This document shows, in pieces, positions 49,433 through 63,221 of a stretch of 64,000 bases of DNA (positions are counted from its first letter, which is position 1; every line of letters begins with the position of its first letter). A program made the position numbers and the translations under genes. The notes beneath the pieces are model-generated. The model saw nothing but the letters and a program-made list of their open reading frames with translations. It did no database searches and was not told the origin of the DNA. The stretch comes from Mobula hypostoma (Eukaryota). The stretch lies in NCBI RefSeq assembly GCF_963921235.1, contig NC_086110.1, positions 37,820,001-37,884,000 on the forward strand, given 5' to 3'.

Positions 49433-50929
49433 GTCAAACTAAAAGATTCAAAAATTAGACACTGACATTTAGCAGCTATGACAATTCATCTTTAAGTACT
49501 GAATCACTTTTGAAAGGCAAATCATGTATAAGTGTTCATCCTTCCGAATCTCCCAACTAATTGCTGACAATACCAGAAAACATCTGGCAACAAAAGAACA
49601 ACTTTCCATAGAAACAAATCTGCTATCCCCACAGTTTATGTAGCCATCCTTAGGAGTTCATTCATCAGCTACAGTTACTTTTTACAGATTATGGGATCAC
49701 AGGATAGGAACTATTCCTACTAATATGGAATGTGCATGGATTTCCAAGAGGCTGCCTGGTTTAGGGAATCATACAGCAGAAACATTGGGCTCAATTTCCC
49801 ATATCATCCTGCAATTTGGTGCCAGAGACGAAGTATGGAATCTTGGAAGCCCTTGAAGCAAGACTTAAGACTTACTACCGTAAATCCATTTAAGACCAGA
49901 ATCAGAATCACTTTATTGCCAGTATGTGAAACAAACCAGAATTGATTATGGTTCGGTACCAAGCATATAAGAAAAGGACAATGCCATAAAAGACAACACA
50001 AGAGCATCCAACAATTTAAAAGACGTTAGCACAATTAATTGCCATGAGCAATTAGCAGAACGGTCACATGCGCAAACGTCAAAAAAATCAAACTTAAAAG
50101 AAATGTGAACATATGAACAGACTCAATAATTATCAACAGAACAAGGAGAGCAGGAAAGACTATTTGTTGTGCAGGGACAGTTAGGGTATTAAACCTGAAC
50201 GAGTTTTGTTTAGTCACTCACTTTTGCAGATAGAAAGTACTGAGATGCTTGTCCTACCTAACATATTTTATGTTTTAAATAGAACCCTTGTATTTGAACT
50301 ATACATTGTAAAATGGAAATTTTATAGGTGTAATAAACATATGTACTTTGCACAATGCCCCCTCCAAGTTACTCAAACTAGATCTCTTCAGTTTTGATTC
50401 TATTATTATTTCTCTAAATGTGGTTACACCCATTCAAAAAACATACAAATTCAAGTAAAGGAATCATATAGGAACAAATAACTTCCAGTTCTCTCCATAG
50501 GCATTCTCTGTTGGGCCGGTCACAGTCACAGGGAAGCTAAAGGTCACAATGATACATTCACTCTTCAATCAACAAAGGCAGAGCAATTCAGGCTGTGGAA
50601 CTGGGCTACAGAGCTGTGTCCTGAGGTGGGGCCTTTCTTTAGTGAATCAATGCCTCTCTGGTTGTCAGGAGCTAATTATCGTTGACCAGGTTTTGGTGGT
50701 TTCAAGCACAGATTTTTTATCTGAGTGAAATTTGCAGCAACTCCATTCATGATGCAGGGAATATAGCCAAAGACGCAGCTCAGGACTTTCCAGTCAAAGA
50801 GTTGAGAACAATGGTCTGTTCCATTTCCTCCCATCCCAAGCAAAGATAGGATTTCCCTCATTCTCACCTTCCACCTCAACAAACTTTTCTGATGGATCTT
50901 ATATAACTCCACCCAGTTTAAGAGCAGGA

Positions 50930-51455
50930 TGGTTTTCTTATATTTGTACAGTGTGTTGGTGAGGCCACGCCTGAGACCTGGTTTTGGCTCCCATACCTAA
51001 AAAATATAGCAATTTTGAAAGCAATCCAAAGGAAGTTCACCAGACTAATTCCTGGGATGAGAGAGTTGTCCCATCAGGAGAGGCCAAACTCCTCGGAAGT
51101 TTCGAAAAACGACGAATCACCTTAAAGAAACAAGATCCTAAGGAGGCTTGACAGGATAGTTATTAAGATACCTTCACTAGTGGGAGAACCATAAAAGCAA
51201 GGGGACATAATTGCAAAAATATGGAGTCAGTCACTCAAAATGGAAATGTGTAGAATTTTCTTCTCTGAGGGTAGTGATTCTCTGGAATTTTCAGCTTCCG
51301 AGGATAAGGAAAACCAGATTGTTGGAAGCATTTAATGTGGAGGCAGACAGATAAGGGAAATTGATACAGGAGTTAAGGCCAGCATTGTTTAGTCATGTTC
51401 ATTTTGACCTAAAAGACACGATGACCAGCTCTATGTGCTCCTGTGTTCTTCTATA
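50930..51455 (+). mobile_element. Old degraded CR1 3' fragment
   Basis: TTGGTGAGGCCACGCCTG..AAGTTCACCAGACTAATTCCTGGGATG. Confidence 0.65.
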
Positions 51456-51744
51456 TGAATCCAACACATCTTCCCCTCCTCTCACTTTTCAGCATTCTGG
51501 AGACCATTCCCTCTAACATGTCTTGGTTCACTCTGCCATCTCCGACAACATCCACTCTCTTTCTCACCGCATCTCAATGCAACCTCTGCCATTTTACCTT
51601 CCCGCACTATGAAACAAAACGGTCCACTTGGTTGAAGCAGCCACTGATTTCCCTTCCATTAAAGAAACCAAAAATAGAGATATTGCTTTGCACAACTTTT
51701 CTGTTCAGTTCTCAAAGACGATTCTCAACGTCAAGTTTCCTGTC

Positions 51745-51900
51745 ACTGTCAGTCAAACTGCTAACTCACAGCTCCAGCCATCTGGGCTCAATCCTATTAG
51801 AGTTGGTACATTTTCCCTGTGACTGCACAGGTTTCCCCCAGGTACTCCAGTTCCCTCCCACATCAGAAAAACAGGTAGATTAACTAATTGTCACTACTAT
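51745..51900 (+). mobile_element. Degraded V-SINE
   Basis: GGGCTCAATCCT B-box relic + V-domain TTCCCTGTGACTGC..GGTTTCCCC.AGGTACTCCAGTT.CCTCCCACAT. Confidence 0.6.
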
Positions 51901-53389
51901 GTAGGTGAGCGGTAGAATAAGTTGATATGAATATGGAAGAATTTTTTTAAATTACATTAATGTATAATTTGTGCTTGGGCCATGTGGGACCGAAGGATAT
52001 GCTTCCACGTTGTGTATATCCAACACAGGCCAGTACCACATCTTCCATCTATGCATGTTGGAAATCTGCAGATTCAACACTGAATTCTATAAGTTCAGAT
52101 AACCCAGCTTGCCAGCCTATGCTAAAAGTCACCAGTTCTGCTGCAAGGTTCTCAATCTGTAACCGCAGTTTCTGCAGTGGATGTTGTCTGAGCTGCCGGG
52201 TTTTCTCCAACAATCTCTTTTAGTTCAGGCTTTCAGTAACTGCTGTGCTCTACATCTCTCAATTCCAGCAGTGTTCCTAGTCCTCTCTCCTCTATTCTCA
52301 TCCACCTCCCTTTTTTAAACCTCCTCCAATCAGCAATGCTTCATCACCTTCTCCCATCTGACAGCAGTACCAGACGGGATCCAGTTTCTCTTTGTCTCCA
52401 ACCTATCTGGGACATTTTCTTTGTTCTCTCCCCCTTCTTCAAAATGTTTCCTTGTTCTGTTGAAAAGTCATCAACATGAAAGATTAGCAGGGCAACCTAG
52501 TAATGGTATGGCACACCTTTAGTCTACAGGAGCAGAATACAGTCTCCAGGTAAATAAAATGGATAGAACTATTTCTGATGCAAAAAAATTACAGATAAAC
52601 ACAATCCAGAATTATTGCAAAACATGAGTATAATGAAAGACTTGAAGACCTGCTCCTAGTATGGGGTTATTGATTGCCTGCCAATGCACAATCCATAAAT
52701 ACTGCCCCGGAATATCACACTATAAAGGCTGAAAAATCTTTCTTGAGTCCAACAGGCTCCACGATGGAAGTAGCATCATTAATGGGAAACCCATACAGAA
52801 AGGGAAAATCACATCACCCCTTGCAAGCTCTCAACTCCAGCTGTTCCAAGATGAGAGAAATGTGCGGAATCCCTGCCCCCCCCCCACCACCAACCACCAA
52901 CCACTACCAAGCACGATAAGGACTTATGCATACCGAAGTTCAGATCAAACAGTAATCCATTCAAAAATGTCCCTCCAAAAGATCTTAGACGTCAAATCCA
53001 AGGTGCTCAAAACACACAGATGATCAGATGTACTTACTATTTGCTTTTCTGAACCAGAAACTGATATTGGTCTCATGCCAAACCTATGGCCCCCAATCAC
53101 ATTTCAATAACTCAATTGAAAGATAGTGAATACTTAATAAATACACTAGAGATGGTATTGTGGGTATAAAGCGGCTGTTTCTAATTAGATTCTCAATAAT
53201 ACAGTAATGGCCTACAGTGGCTGATCCTAGTGTTAACAATATTTTAAAACCCTGATTCGGCCTTTATTTAATTTTGGGTATGGGCAAAAACAGCGAATTA
53301 TACTGAAGATTACTTCATGGAGTACACCTCAGTTTTTCAAACAAAAGTTGATACAACATAGATTCGTTTTATTGAGGTCTGGAGCCCCG

Positions 53390-54070
53390 CTCAAAGTAAA
53401 TCAGTATATCCGAACTGCTCATGGCACACGACTGAAAAAAACGGGCATTATGGAAATATGTCTTTGTTCCAAAGTGGTACAATCGAAAGACACACGTAGG
53501 GGATATTGCGACAATTTGCAAGTCCTTTCAATTTTAAAATCTGTCCGTCAGACTTTTCTCAAAATAAAAGTAACATTTTCATCTATCATTTCCAACTTTA
53601 AAAAAAATAACCGCACTGTAAACGAGAAGCATGCAGTAGGATTTCATACTGAGATGTAACTGACACCGATCCGAACCTCGCTACATTCGGGTTCACCCCG
53701 TCTTTACCCTCAACAAAAGCGTCCTTCAGTTTAGTGGAGAATTTCAGCTTGTATTTTGATTGGAAATGCTGCACGCCGCTTTGTTATTGGTGCCTATTTA
53801 ACGTGTACGTTTCCACGGCCCAAATCCAGGTCTTCCAAAAGATATCTGGGATCCAGCCAGCCTCACTATTCCCGGAAGCAGTCCTCACTCACTGAGAGTT
53901 CCGCCGCCAGTAATGCTGCATACAATACCTGCTTTCAGGCCGTTCGCTGTTAGATCCGACGTTAACCAAGTTACAGCCTTACAATGTTCCAGTAGGCAGC
54001 AGAGTGGCTCCCGCCGAGCCTTTCAATCCCCTGTTGACCTAGGGAGTGGCAAAGATCATGTCGATCACAG
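53390..54070 (-). promoter_or_regulatory. Probable c19orf12 promoter / non-coding first exon
   Basis: Local CpG enrichment; two CCAAT boxes (ATTGG at 53759-53763 and 53786-53790); candidate minus-strand donor GAGG|GTAAAG at 53707. Confidence 0.5.
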
Positions 54071-54502
54071 TGAAAGACTAATCTGCAAACTCCCCGAGAT
54101 AATACGTTTATTTGAGTTAGAGCGGCTGTGGAAAATATTTCTGTGAACATTATGACATGAAGCCACGTAAATCATTTCGGAAAATATATTGGTTTTAAAG
54201 AATATCTTAAAGGGGAGAGATAGAGAGGTCTGCGATAAAAATAGCATTGCAAACGCTGGTGTCTGAATCAAAGATAGAGCTGCTGTAAGAACCCAGCCAA
54301 TAAAACAGCACCTGTGGAGAGTGAATTAGTCCATGCTTCAGGGTGAAAAACCTTCCTCCGAATTGTGGTTCGAGTTAAATGTATTGTCACATTCGGTATA
54401 AATACCAAGAAATTAGCTTTTTGCAGCAACAACACAACACATCACATAAGTTTAGCAAAAACTTAATATCCATAACTCAGAACAAAATAAACACAATGAC
54501 AC

Positions 54503-54586
54503 AACACACATCAAAGTTTCTGGTGAACGCAGCAGGCCAGGCAGCATCTCTAGGAAGAGGTACAGTCAACATTTCGGCTGAGACCA
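54503..54586 (-). mobile_element. 84-bp single tail-less PLE arm with 14-bp TSD
   Basis: AAACACAATGACAC at 54489-54502 and 54587-54600; insert matches 3600-3682 and 17045-17128. Confidence 0.85.
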
Positions 54587-54603
54587 AAACACAATGACAC
54601 TGG

Positions 54604-54800
54604 TCACAAAAATTTCTGTAGATGCTGGAAATCTTAAGCAACACACATAAAATGGTGGAGGAACTCGGCCAGTCAGACAGCATCTATGGCATCAATGTTT
54701 TGGGCTGAGATCCTTCATCAGGACTAGAAAGTAAGGAGGTAGAAGTCTATTAGGAAGCTGGAGGATTACAAGCTGGCGGGTATTAGGTGAGACCAGCTGG
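54604..54800 (-). mobile_element. PLE 3' fragment with tail and G12A HHR
   Basis: Minus strand AGTCCTGATGAAGGATCTCAGCCCAAAACATTGA. Confidence 0.7.
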
Positions 54801-55312
54801 GGGAGAAGGTGAGTGGGTGGGGGCATTGAGTGCGAGTTTCTTAAGGAGTAGGGCCGGTGCAAGTGAGGATAATAGGTTAGCTGGGACTGCCCTACTTGTA
54901 AACCGAAGTGTACGGTGCAGGACTGAGACACTACCTGGATGGAGACTGTGGATGAAAGACCTCCTGATGAAATGAGCCATGTAGCAACAGCTTGATGCAT
55001 TTTTTAGTGGAATCATACACCAGCAAGAGAAATGAGGACGTATCTGAGAGCTGACAGACCGAGGAACAGTGCCTAATGTGTAATCTTCACTGGTTTCTCT
55101 TTACCCAGGTGCTGTTGGACTGGCCGAGTTCCTATTACATTTCTGCCTTTAAGGCCTGAAAGGGAGGGGAGAACCTCAAAAAGTAAAAGGCCACTCAGCC
55201 CCTCATGCCTCACCCACCAATCAGTATGGTCTGACGCAGTCCTCCCTGTCATGCCTTGTAACTTCAGAAACAAATCAAAAGCAAGATACAGGAACCCGGA
55301 TACTTGCCTACT

Positions 55313-55860
55313 TGCCTAAAGGGATGGGTTACACCAGAACCCAAAGGGATCCAGTATCCTTGCAGGCACATTTAATAGAGCTGTTAGGGAGGGTTTAAAC
55401 TAATTTAGTAAAGGGATGGGAACCGGAGTGATAGGACTGAGGAAGGGGAAAAACAGAGATAAATCAAAGACAGCATGCAACAGAGATTATAGGAAGAACA
55501 GGCAGGAGATGTGGCTTAATCCAAGCCAGTGGCATGAGTTACAGGGCATAAAGAAATGGCGCAGTTAAAACAGAAAGCAACAAATACTGGACTGAGAGTG
55601 TTGTATTTGAATGCACGCAGCATAAGGACTAAAATGGACAATCTTGAAATTCAGCTACAGATTGGCAAATATGACGTCGTGGCCATCTCTGAAACTTGGC
55701 TAAAGGATAGCTGCCATTGGGAGCTGAATATCCAAGGATATACGGTATATTGGAAAGATAGGTTATTAGGCAGAGGGGGTGGTGTGACTCTGTGTATAAG
55801 AAATAATATTAAATTATTGGAAAAAGCTGACATAGGACTGGAAGGTGTAGAGTCTCTATG
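55313..55860 (+). mobile_element. CR1 internal fragment (ORF1 end / endonuclease start)
   Basis: DGLHQNPKGSSILAGTFNRAVREGLN*; LRVLYLNARSIR..ISETWL. Confidence 0.85.
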
Positions 55861-56044
55861 GCCTAACCTTCCTCCTTTTTAGATGAGCCCTAAATATGTC
55901 TCAACTGTTTTGTCCCGCATAGTCCTTCTGAGATTGGGTTTGAGGAGATCCAAGCTTGCGTGCAAGTAATGAACAAGGAACAACGTAGCTGGTGAATTGT
56001 TGGTTATGGAGTGTGCTGCATTGTGATATGCAAAGAGGAAATTA

Positions 56045-57630
56045 GTGAGGCAAATTAAAGTGGATAAATCCCCAGGACCTGACAGGGTATTCCCTCGGAC
56101 CTTGAAGGAGACTAGTGTTGAAATTGCAGGGGCCCTGGCAGATATATTTAAAATGTCGGTGTCTATGGGTGAGGTGCCGGAGGATTGGAGAGTAGCTCAT
56201 GTTGTTCCGTTGTTTAAAAAAGGATTAAAAAGTAATCCAGGAAATTATAGGCCGGTAAGTTTGACGTCGGTAGTGGGTAAGTTATTGGAAGGAGTACTAA
56301 GAGACAGAATCTACAAGCATTTGGATAGACAGGGACTTATTAGGGAGAGTCAACATGGCTTTGTGCGTGGTAGGTCATGTTTGACCAATCTATTGGAGTT
56401 TTTCGAGGAGGTTACCAGGAAAGTGGATGAAGGGAAGGCAGTGGATGATGTCTACATGGACTTCAGTAAGGCCTTTGACAAGGTCCCGCATGGGAGGTTA
56501 GTTAGGAAAATTCAGTCGCTAGGTATACATGGAGAGGTGGTAAATTGGATTAGACATTGGCTCAATGGGAGAAGCCAAAGAGTGGTAGTAGAGAATTGCT
56601 TCTCAGAGTGGAGTCCTATGACTAGTGGTGTGCCACAGGGATCAGTGCTGGGTCCATTGTTATTTATCATCTATATCAATGATCTGGATGATAATGTGGT
56701 AAACTGGATCAACAAATTTGCTGATGATACAAAGATTGGAGGTGTAGTGGACAGTGAGGCAGGTTTTCAGAGCCTGCAGAGGGACTTGGACCATCTGGAA
56801 AAATGGGCTGAAAAATGGCAGATGGAGTTTAATACAGACAAGTGTGAGGTATTGTGCTTTGGAAGGACAAACCAAGCTAGAACATACAGGGTTAATGGTA
56901 AGGCACTGAGGAGTGCAGTAGAACAGAGGGATCTGGGAATACAGATACAAAATTCCCTAAAAGTGGCATCACGGGTAGATAGGGTCGTAAAGAGAGCTTT
57001 TGGTACATTAGCCTTTATTAATCAAAGTATTGAGTATAAGAGCTGGAATGTTATGATGAGGTTGTATAAGGCGTTGGTGAGGCCGAATCTGGAGTATTGT
57101 GTTCAGTTTTGGTCACCAAATTACAGGAAGGATATAAATAAGGTTGAAAGAGTGCAGAGAAGGTTTCCAAGGATGTTGCCGGGACTTGAAAAACTCAGTT
57201 ACAGAGAAAGATTGAATAGGTTAGGACTTTATTCCCTGGAGCGTAGAAGAATGAGGGGAGATTTGATAGAGGTATATAAAATTATGATGGGTATAGATAG
57301 AGTGAATGCAAGCTGGCCTTTTCCTCTGAGGCAAGGGGAGAAAAAAACCAGAGGACATGGGTTAAGGGTGAGGGGGGAAGAGTTTAAAGGGAACATTAGT
57401 GGGGGCTTCTTCACACAGAGAGTGGTGGGAGTATGGAATGAGCTGCCAGACGAGGTGGTAAATGCGGGTTCTTTTTTAACATTTAAGAATAAATTGGACA
57501 GATATATGGATGGGAGGTGTATGGTGGGATATGGTCCGTGTGCAGGTCAGTGGGACTTGGCAGAAAATAGTTCAGCACAGCCAAGAAGGGCCAAAAGGCC
57601 TGTATCTGTGCTGTAGTTTCTATGGTTTCT
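56045..57630 (+). mobile_element. Young 5'-truncated CR1 with uninterrupted 523-codon RT frame, inserted in Gypsy integrase
   Basis: ORF 56045-57616 KSPGPD..NYRPVSLTS..QHGF..YMDFSKAFD..FADDTK; GTTTCTAT tail. Confidence 0.96.
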
Positions 57631-60044
57631 ATCAGATTCAGTGTAGTGTATTCTGCTGACATTGGTCACAGCACGTTGTTTAGACTCTGGATGAACCTTT
57701 CCACCAAGCCATATGTAGCTGGGTGGTACGGTGCACATGTAATATGTCTTTGTTCCGTTCATTTTCAGGAATCACTGGAACCGTTCTGCCACAATCTGCT
57801 GATCTATTCCAGCCCACTAGACAAAGCATCAAGCCAAAGCTTTCATTTTGACCACACCTGGATGACCGGCATGTAGCTCCTCCAGCACTTTAGCTCTCAC
57901 TTGGATGGTACAACAACTCTTAATCCCTACATAAGGCAAACCCCGTCAAGTTCAGGTTCATCCTGGTGCTGGTAAAAATGGGGAGACTGGAATTTCTGCA
58001 GCATTTTTGGCCTGCTTGCAGACCTGAGACAGAGTGGGTCTTTTCTAGTTTCAATTTGGATTATCCCTGCCTTAATAAAGCCACATTTGATTTGCATTAG
58101 GGAGAATACATTGAGAGGAGTGTCCTTTTTTGTAAATTTTTCAGTTTTTCCTTTTCCATTGGTAAACAGGACAATCCATCTGCATTTTCATGAATAGCTG
58201 TCCTCCTGAATTTGATCTTGTTATTGTGTCCTCCAAGAAACAGAGCACTTCTCTGTATTTGTGCTGCTGCTGTCAGTGGAGCACCCTTCTGTGGATTGAA
58301 AATGACATCAGAGGATGATAGTCAGTAATGAGGGTAGACTGTCTCCCATACACGTACCGATTGAAACTTTTTCCACCCCCAAACCAGACTCAAGGCCTCT
58401 CTGTCAATCTACACCCATGTTTTCTCTGCAGCAGTAAGGGAACATGATGCAAAGCCCATGGCGGTCACTTCCCTCACTCACCACATGTGATATCATATGC
58501 ACCTATGCCATAAGGCACAGTAAGTCAAAAATAAGCTTCACTGGACCATGTGGATCATAATGTGTGAGTACAGTGTCCTTCAGGAAAGCCATCCCACACT
58601 GCATTGTCCTTTGTCTTTTCTTCCCAATCTGTAGTAATGAGTTCTAGGGATGGAGCACAGTAGCCAGGTTTGGCAGGAACCTGTTATAGTAATTGAGAAA
58701 TCCTGAAAAGGACCACATTTGTGACACGACCTTTGGCCTTTGGGCATCGACCACTGCTTATTTTTCTCAGCACACTTATGTAATCCTGGTGTGACCACAG
58801 TAAGTGATGCTTCATTTAAAGAATTCACACTTGTTACATCATGCTCTTGGCCCATAATCTTATAATCTTTTTAACACTGTCTTGAGACTTTGGAGATGTT
58901 CCTTGTCATCCTCACCAGTAACAATGATGTCATCTAGGTAAAACTGAGTAACTAGGCAGCCTTGCAATACCTGGTCTACAGCTTTCTGCCAGAGTTCAAG
59001 TGCAGATGTTACTCCAAATAAAAGACTATTGTAGCAATAAACTCCTTTGTGAGTGTTTATGGTGAGGAACACTTTGGAATCTTCTTCCATCTCCATCTGT
59101 AGGTAGGCATCAGCTAAGGCTACCTTGTTCAATTGTTACCCTTGACTGTTCTCTATCCTGGGCTGAGGGTCTTGATCTATTTTCAATACTGGGTTGATGG
59201 TGACCTTAAAGTCACCACGTATCCTGACAGATCTATTCTTCTTGGCTACTGGGACCACTGGTGTTGCCCACAGGCTCCATTCAACACTGAAAATAATTCC
59301 TTCAGCCTTCATACAATCCAGCTCACTGGCTACTTTATCACAGATGGTATAAGGAACCAAAAGGGCTTTGTAAGACTTGGGTGTGACATTTTCATTTAAC
59401 ATGATTTGACCCTTGATATGCTTGAGTTTTCCTGTGCCATCCCTGAGCATTGCTGTGGCGTCATCCAGTACCTTTCTTAATTCACATTCATTTTGACTCT
59501 ATTGAAAGGGATGTGGCAAGTAAATGATGGATGAATCTCCAAATCACATTGTAGTCATCTCAGCCAATTATGGCTGGACAATGCTGGCTCTCCTATTTTC
59601 ACCACATACAAGCCTATTGTGGCTTGTTTGTTGTTGTATTTCACTGTTAGTAATGTCATTCCCACATGAGTTGTTTTTTCTCCAGTAGAAATTCTTTGTG
59701 AATATCTGCAGGCTTCAGTTCAATATCTTTGAAATACCAATCAAACACATTTTGTGGAATGACTGAAAGAACTGAGCTAGTGGCGAATTGCATTTTAATT
59801 AATTTGCCGTTCATTTTTGATATAAGCCATATTGCCGGTTTTCACATAGTAAATCTCAAGGATCCTCAGTCTGTGTCACTCTCATCATTATCAGATTTTT
59901 CATCAACAGTATGCAGATTAGTGCTCCTTTTGAAACTCCAAATAGACTCTTTAGTTTTTTCTCTTTCCCCGTGTAGTCCTTTTATATTTATCTGCCTAAC
60001 GTGCTTTTTGTAAGTGTCCTCCAACATGATAGCGTAAAAAGAGA

Positions 60045-60670
60045 TCAGATGTAGATTAGGAGAACGCTTTGCCGAGCATCTACACTCCATCCGCCAGAAC
60101 AAGTGGGATCTCCCAGTGGCCACCCATTTTAATTCCACTTCCCATTCCCATTCCGATATGTTCACCTGTGGGTCCTCCACTGTTATGATAAGGCCACACT
60201 TAGGTTAGAGGAACAACTCCTTATATTCCATTTAGGTAGCCTTCAACCTGATGAAATGAACATTGATTTCTCAAACTTCTAGTAATGCCTCTCCCCCCTT
60301 TACCAATTCCCATCCTCTTTTCACTCTCTCATGTTATCTCCTTGCCCACCCATCTTCTCCCTGTGGTGCTCCTTCTCCCCCCCCCACCTTTTTCTTTCTT
60401 TCATGGCCTCTGTCTCTTTCACCAATCAACTTCCTAGCTCTTCGCTTTATCCCTCTCCCTCCAAGTTTCACCTATCGCCTGGTGTTTCTCTCTCTCCATC
60501 CCCCACCTTTCCAATCTACTCCTCAGTCTTTTTTCTCCAGTCTGCCGAAGGGTTTAGGCCCGAAACATCAACTGTGCTTTTTTTTCATAGATGCTGACTG
60601 GCCTACTGAGTTCCTTCAGGATTTTGAGTGTTTTGCTCAGATTGCCAGCATCTGCAGATTTTCTCTTGTT
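60045..60670 (+). mobile_element. PLE 3' fragment nested in Gypsy gag
   Basis: RLGERFAEHLHSIRQNKWDLPVATHFNSTSHSHSD; HHR relic CAGTCTGCCGAAGGGTTTAGGCCCGAAACATCAACTG; tail present. Confidence 0.88.
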
Positions 60671-61284
60671 GCATTTTTTGCAAGTTTTGCCTTAAAAAAC
60701 CTGCATTGATCTAGCACATGGGAGCCACTGCCACAACGGTAATACAATTTGTTTGGTCAACCTAGTTTGAGCTTAGACGTTGCAATTTTGTTCACGCTCA
60801 CTTTAATTCCTGACTGCAGCTCAATTGTTTCCATTGATACAGTGATTTCAATTGCTCTTTTAAATATGAGTTGTGTTTCAGTTAGAAGCTATTTTTCTAT
60901 GGGTTTTTTTGGTAAGATTCCACAAACTAAACAATATTTCAGTGCATCATTAAGCTCATCACTGAACTGCCAATGCTCAGTCAATTTTTTGATTTCATCC
61001 ATGAAAGCTGAAATGGACTCTCCTTCCTTTTGATTCTGCTTATGAAACCTAAAATGTTTTGTAATTATCAATGGTTTTGTTTCTAAATCTTCCTGCATTA
61101 CATTCACGATATCAGCAAAGCTTGTTCCGGCTGGTTTAGTTGGAGCAGTTAAACTCCTAAGCAAACTGTATGCTTTTCCATTCATTGCACTCAGCAGCAC
61201 TGGAACTTGTTTTCAGTGTCTATTTCATTTGCTTCAAAATACTACTCATATTTGTTCAGTATTTAATATTCAATTACCCGTTGT

Positions 61285-61548
61285 ACAATGGAACACCTCT
61301 ATCTTTCCAGCCCTTTCAGCCACGCTGCCCAGCAACCCTCCCCCCATTTAAACCTAACCCAATCATGTGACAATTCACAAGGACCAATTAACCTACCAAC
61401 CAGTACGTTTTTACGGTGGAAACTGGAGCACCCAGAGGAAATGCACGCAGTCACCAGGAGAATGCACAAACTCCTTACAGTAGGAATTGAACCTGGGTTG
61501 TGTGTACTGTAAAGCGTTGTGCTAACCACTATGCTATCGCGGCGCCCC
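61285..61548 (-). mobile_element. tRNA-derived V-SINE (HE1-like)
   Basis: A box TAGCATAGTGG, B box GGTTCAATTCC, V domain GGAGTTTG..TTCTCC..TTTCCTCTGGGTGCTCCAGTTTCC. Confidence 0.85.
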
Positions 61549-61944
61549 ACTGAGTACTCACTGTTATCACCGAGTACTCACTGTTTATCAAACCATGGTC
61601 AGACTCATTGCTTGTTAATTTCATCTGTTTCCTGCCTTTTTTTTTAAACTCGAATGTCTCTCCTTCTGAAGTAAAACATACTGTGCTTCAATGGGTAGGC
61701 AGTTGTCTCGGGTTTGTTTTAAAACTTCCTTGTTGCTGCTGTTATGTTTTGTACTATAATTCCAGAAGCTAATTGAAAGAAAAACACAGGAGCTGGGATA
61801 CATGCCTACGAAGTTTTTTTCCCCCCTTTTTATGTAGTAAGGTACTCACACGTGATGTGGTGTGTAATGACTATGCAATTTACATATTCTTACATATAAC
61901 CCATAATGAATTATGTAAACAAACAATGAAATGCTTTAAGAGGT

Positions 61945-63221
61945 TGGCCATGGCTAGAGTGATCAATACTCTCTGCCCAGGATAAAGGATATCTTTGCAA
62001 ACCTCTTTGGAGGAAAACACTTCAGCAAAGTGGATTTAGCTAAGGCCTGCCTACAGATGGAGATGGAAGAGGAGTCCAAAGTGTTTCTCAGCATAAACAC
62101 TTACAAAGGGCTGTATTGCTATAATAGACTTATTTTTGGAGTAGTATCTGCTCTGCACTCTGGTAGAAAACTATGGACCAGGTGCTGAAATGCTGCCCAG
62201 GCACTCTGTGTTACTTGGATGGCATCATTCTTATTGGTGAGGATGACAAGGAACATCTCCAAAATCTCACCAAAGTGTTAAAAGGATTAGAAGATTAAGG
62301 ACAGAGCGCACTGCAACAAGTGCGAATTCTTCAAACCAAGCATCACTTACTGTGGTCACACCATTGACGCACAAAGATTACACACATGTGCTGAGAAAAC
62401 TCAAGCAGTGGTGGATGCCGGAAGGCCATAGGACATATCAGAGATGTGGTCCTTTTGAGGAGTTGTGAATTACTATAACAGGTTTCTGCCAAACCTGGCT
62501 ACTTTGCTCCATCCCTTGAAATAATTACTACAGTTCGGGAAGAGATGGCAATGGACACAGATGGTTTTCCAAAAGGCAAAGGAGGTGGTGGCATTAGTCA
62601 CTGTCCTCACACATTATGATCCACATCATCCAGTGAAGCTTGCCCACGACTCCTCTCCTCATGCCATAGTTGCAGTCATGTCACATGTGTGGTGGAAGTG
62701 AAGGGAGTGTAAAACATTTCAGCCAGTACCTGTATAGGAGAGAATTTATCCTCATTACTGATCATCAACCACTAGTGTCATTTTCAATCCACAGAAGGCT
62801 GTTCCACTAACAGCAGCAGCACAAATGCAGAGATGGAGGACACAATCACAGGATCGCATTCAGGAGGACAGCTATTTATGAAAATGCAGATGGATTGTCC
62901 CGTTTACCAATGGAAAAGGAAAAACTGAAAAATTTACTAAAAAGGACACTCCTCTTCAGGTATTCTCCCTAATGCAAATTTAAAAACCTCCTATTATCGC
63001 AGTGATGATCCAAAGGGAAACCAGAAAAGACCCCACACCATCTCGGGTCTATGTGGCCACCCGAATGACTGGAATGCGCAGCAGAATTTCCTGCTTCCCC
63101 CATTTTTACCAGCACTGCGATGAATTTGCCTTTAACGGGGTTGCTTTATGTGGGGATTGAGAGCTGTTCTATCATCCAAGCTGAGAGCTGAAGTTTTGGA
63201 GGAACTACATGCCAGTCACCT
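61945..63221 (+). mobile_element. Second Gypsy copy (RT-RNase H-integrase start), opposite orientation
   Basis: DQYSLPRIKDIFANL..FSKVDL..LQMEMEEESKVFLSINT; YLDGIIL.GEDDKEHLQNL; LITDHQPL. Confidence 0.85.

Larger units (their letters stand above)
55861..61940 (-). mobile_element. Decayed Ty3/Gypsy LTR retrotransposon (gag-PR-RT-RH-IN) with nested CR1, PLE and SINE
   Basis: gag LLSAMNGKAYSLLRSLTAPTKP..QKEGESIS; CYRCGSGSH knuckle; RT WATPVVPV..GDFKVTIN, FYLDDIIVTG; integrase GLVERFIQS..FLFAYHNAAHS. Confidence 0.88.

Noticed and set aside
53030-53045. Extra 5' UTR exon donor (minus ATA|GTAAGT)
   Set aside because: Weak exonic context and no convincing acceptor; cannot be supported without transcripts
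3600-60670. Recurrent ~100-bp repeats as a CRISPR-like array
   Set aside because: Dispersed, in both orientations, with TSDs and no regular spacers; they are PLE ends in eukaryotic DNA
61480-61548. tRNA gene
   Set aside because: A/B boxes belong to a SINE head followed by a V domain; no full cloverleaf
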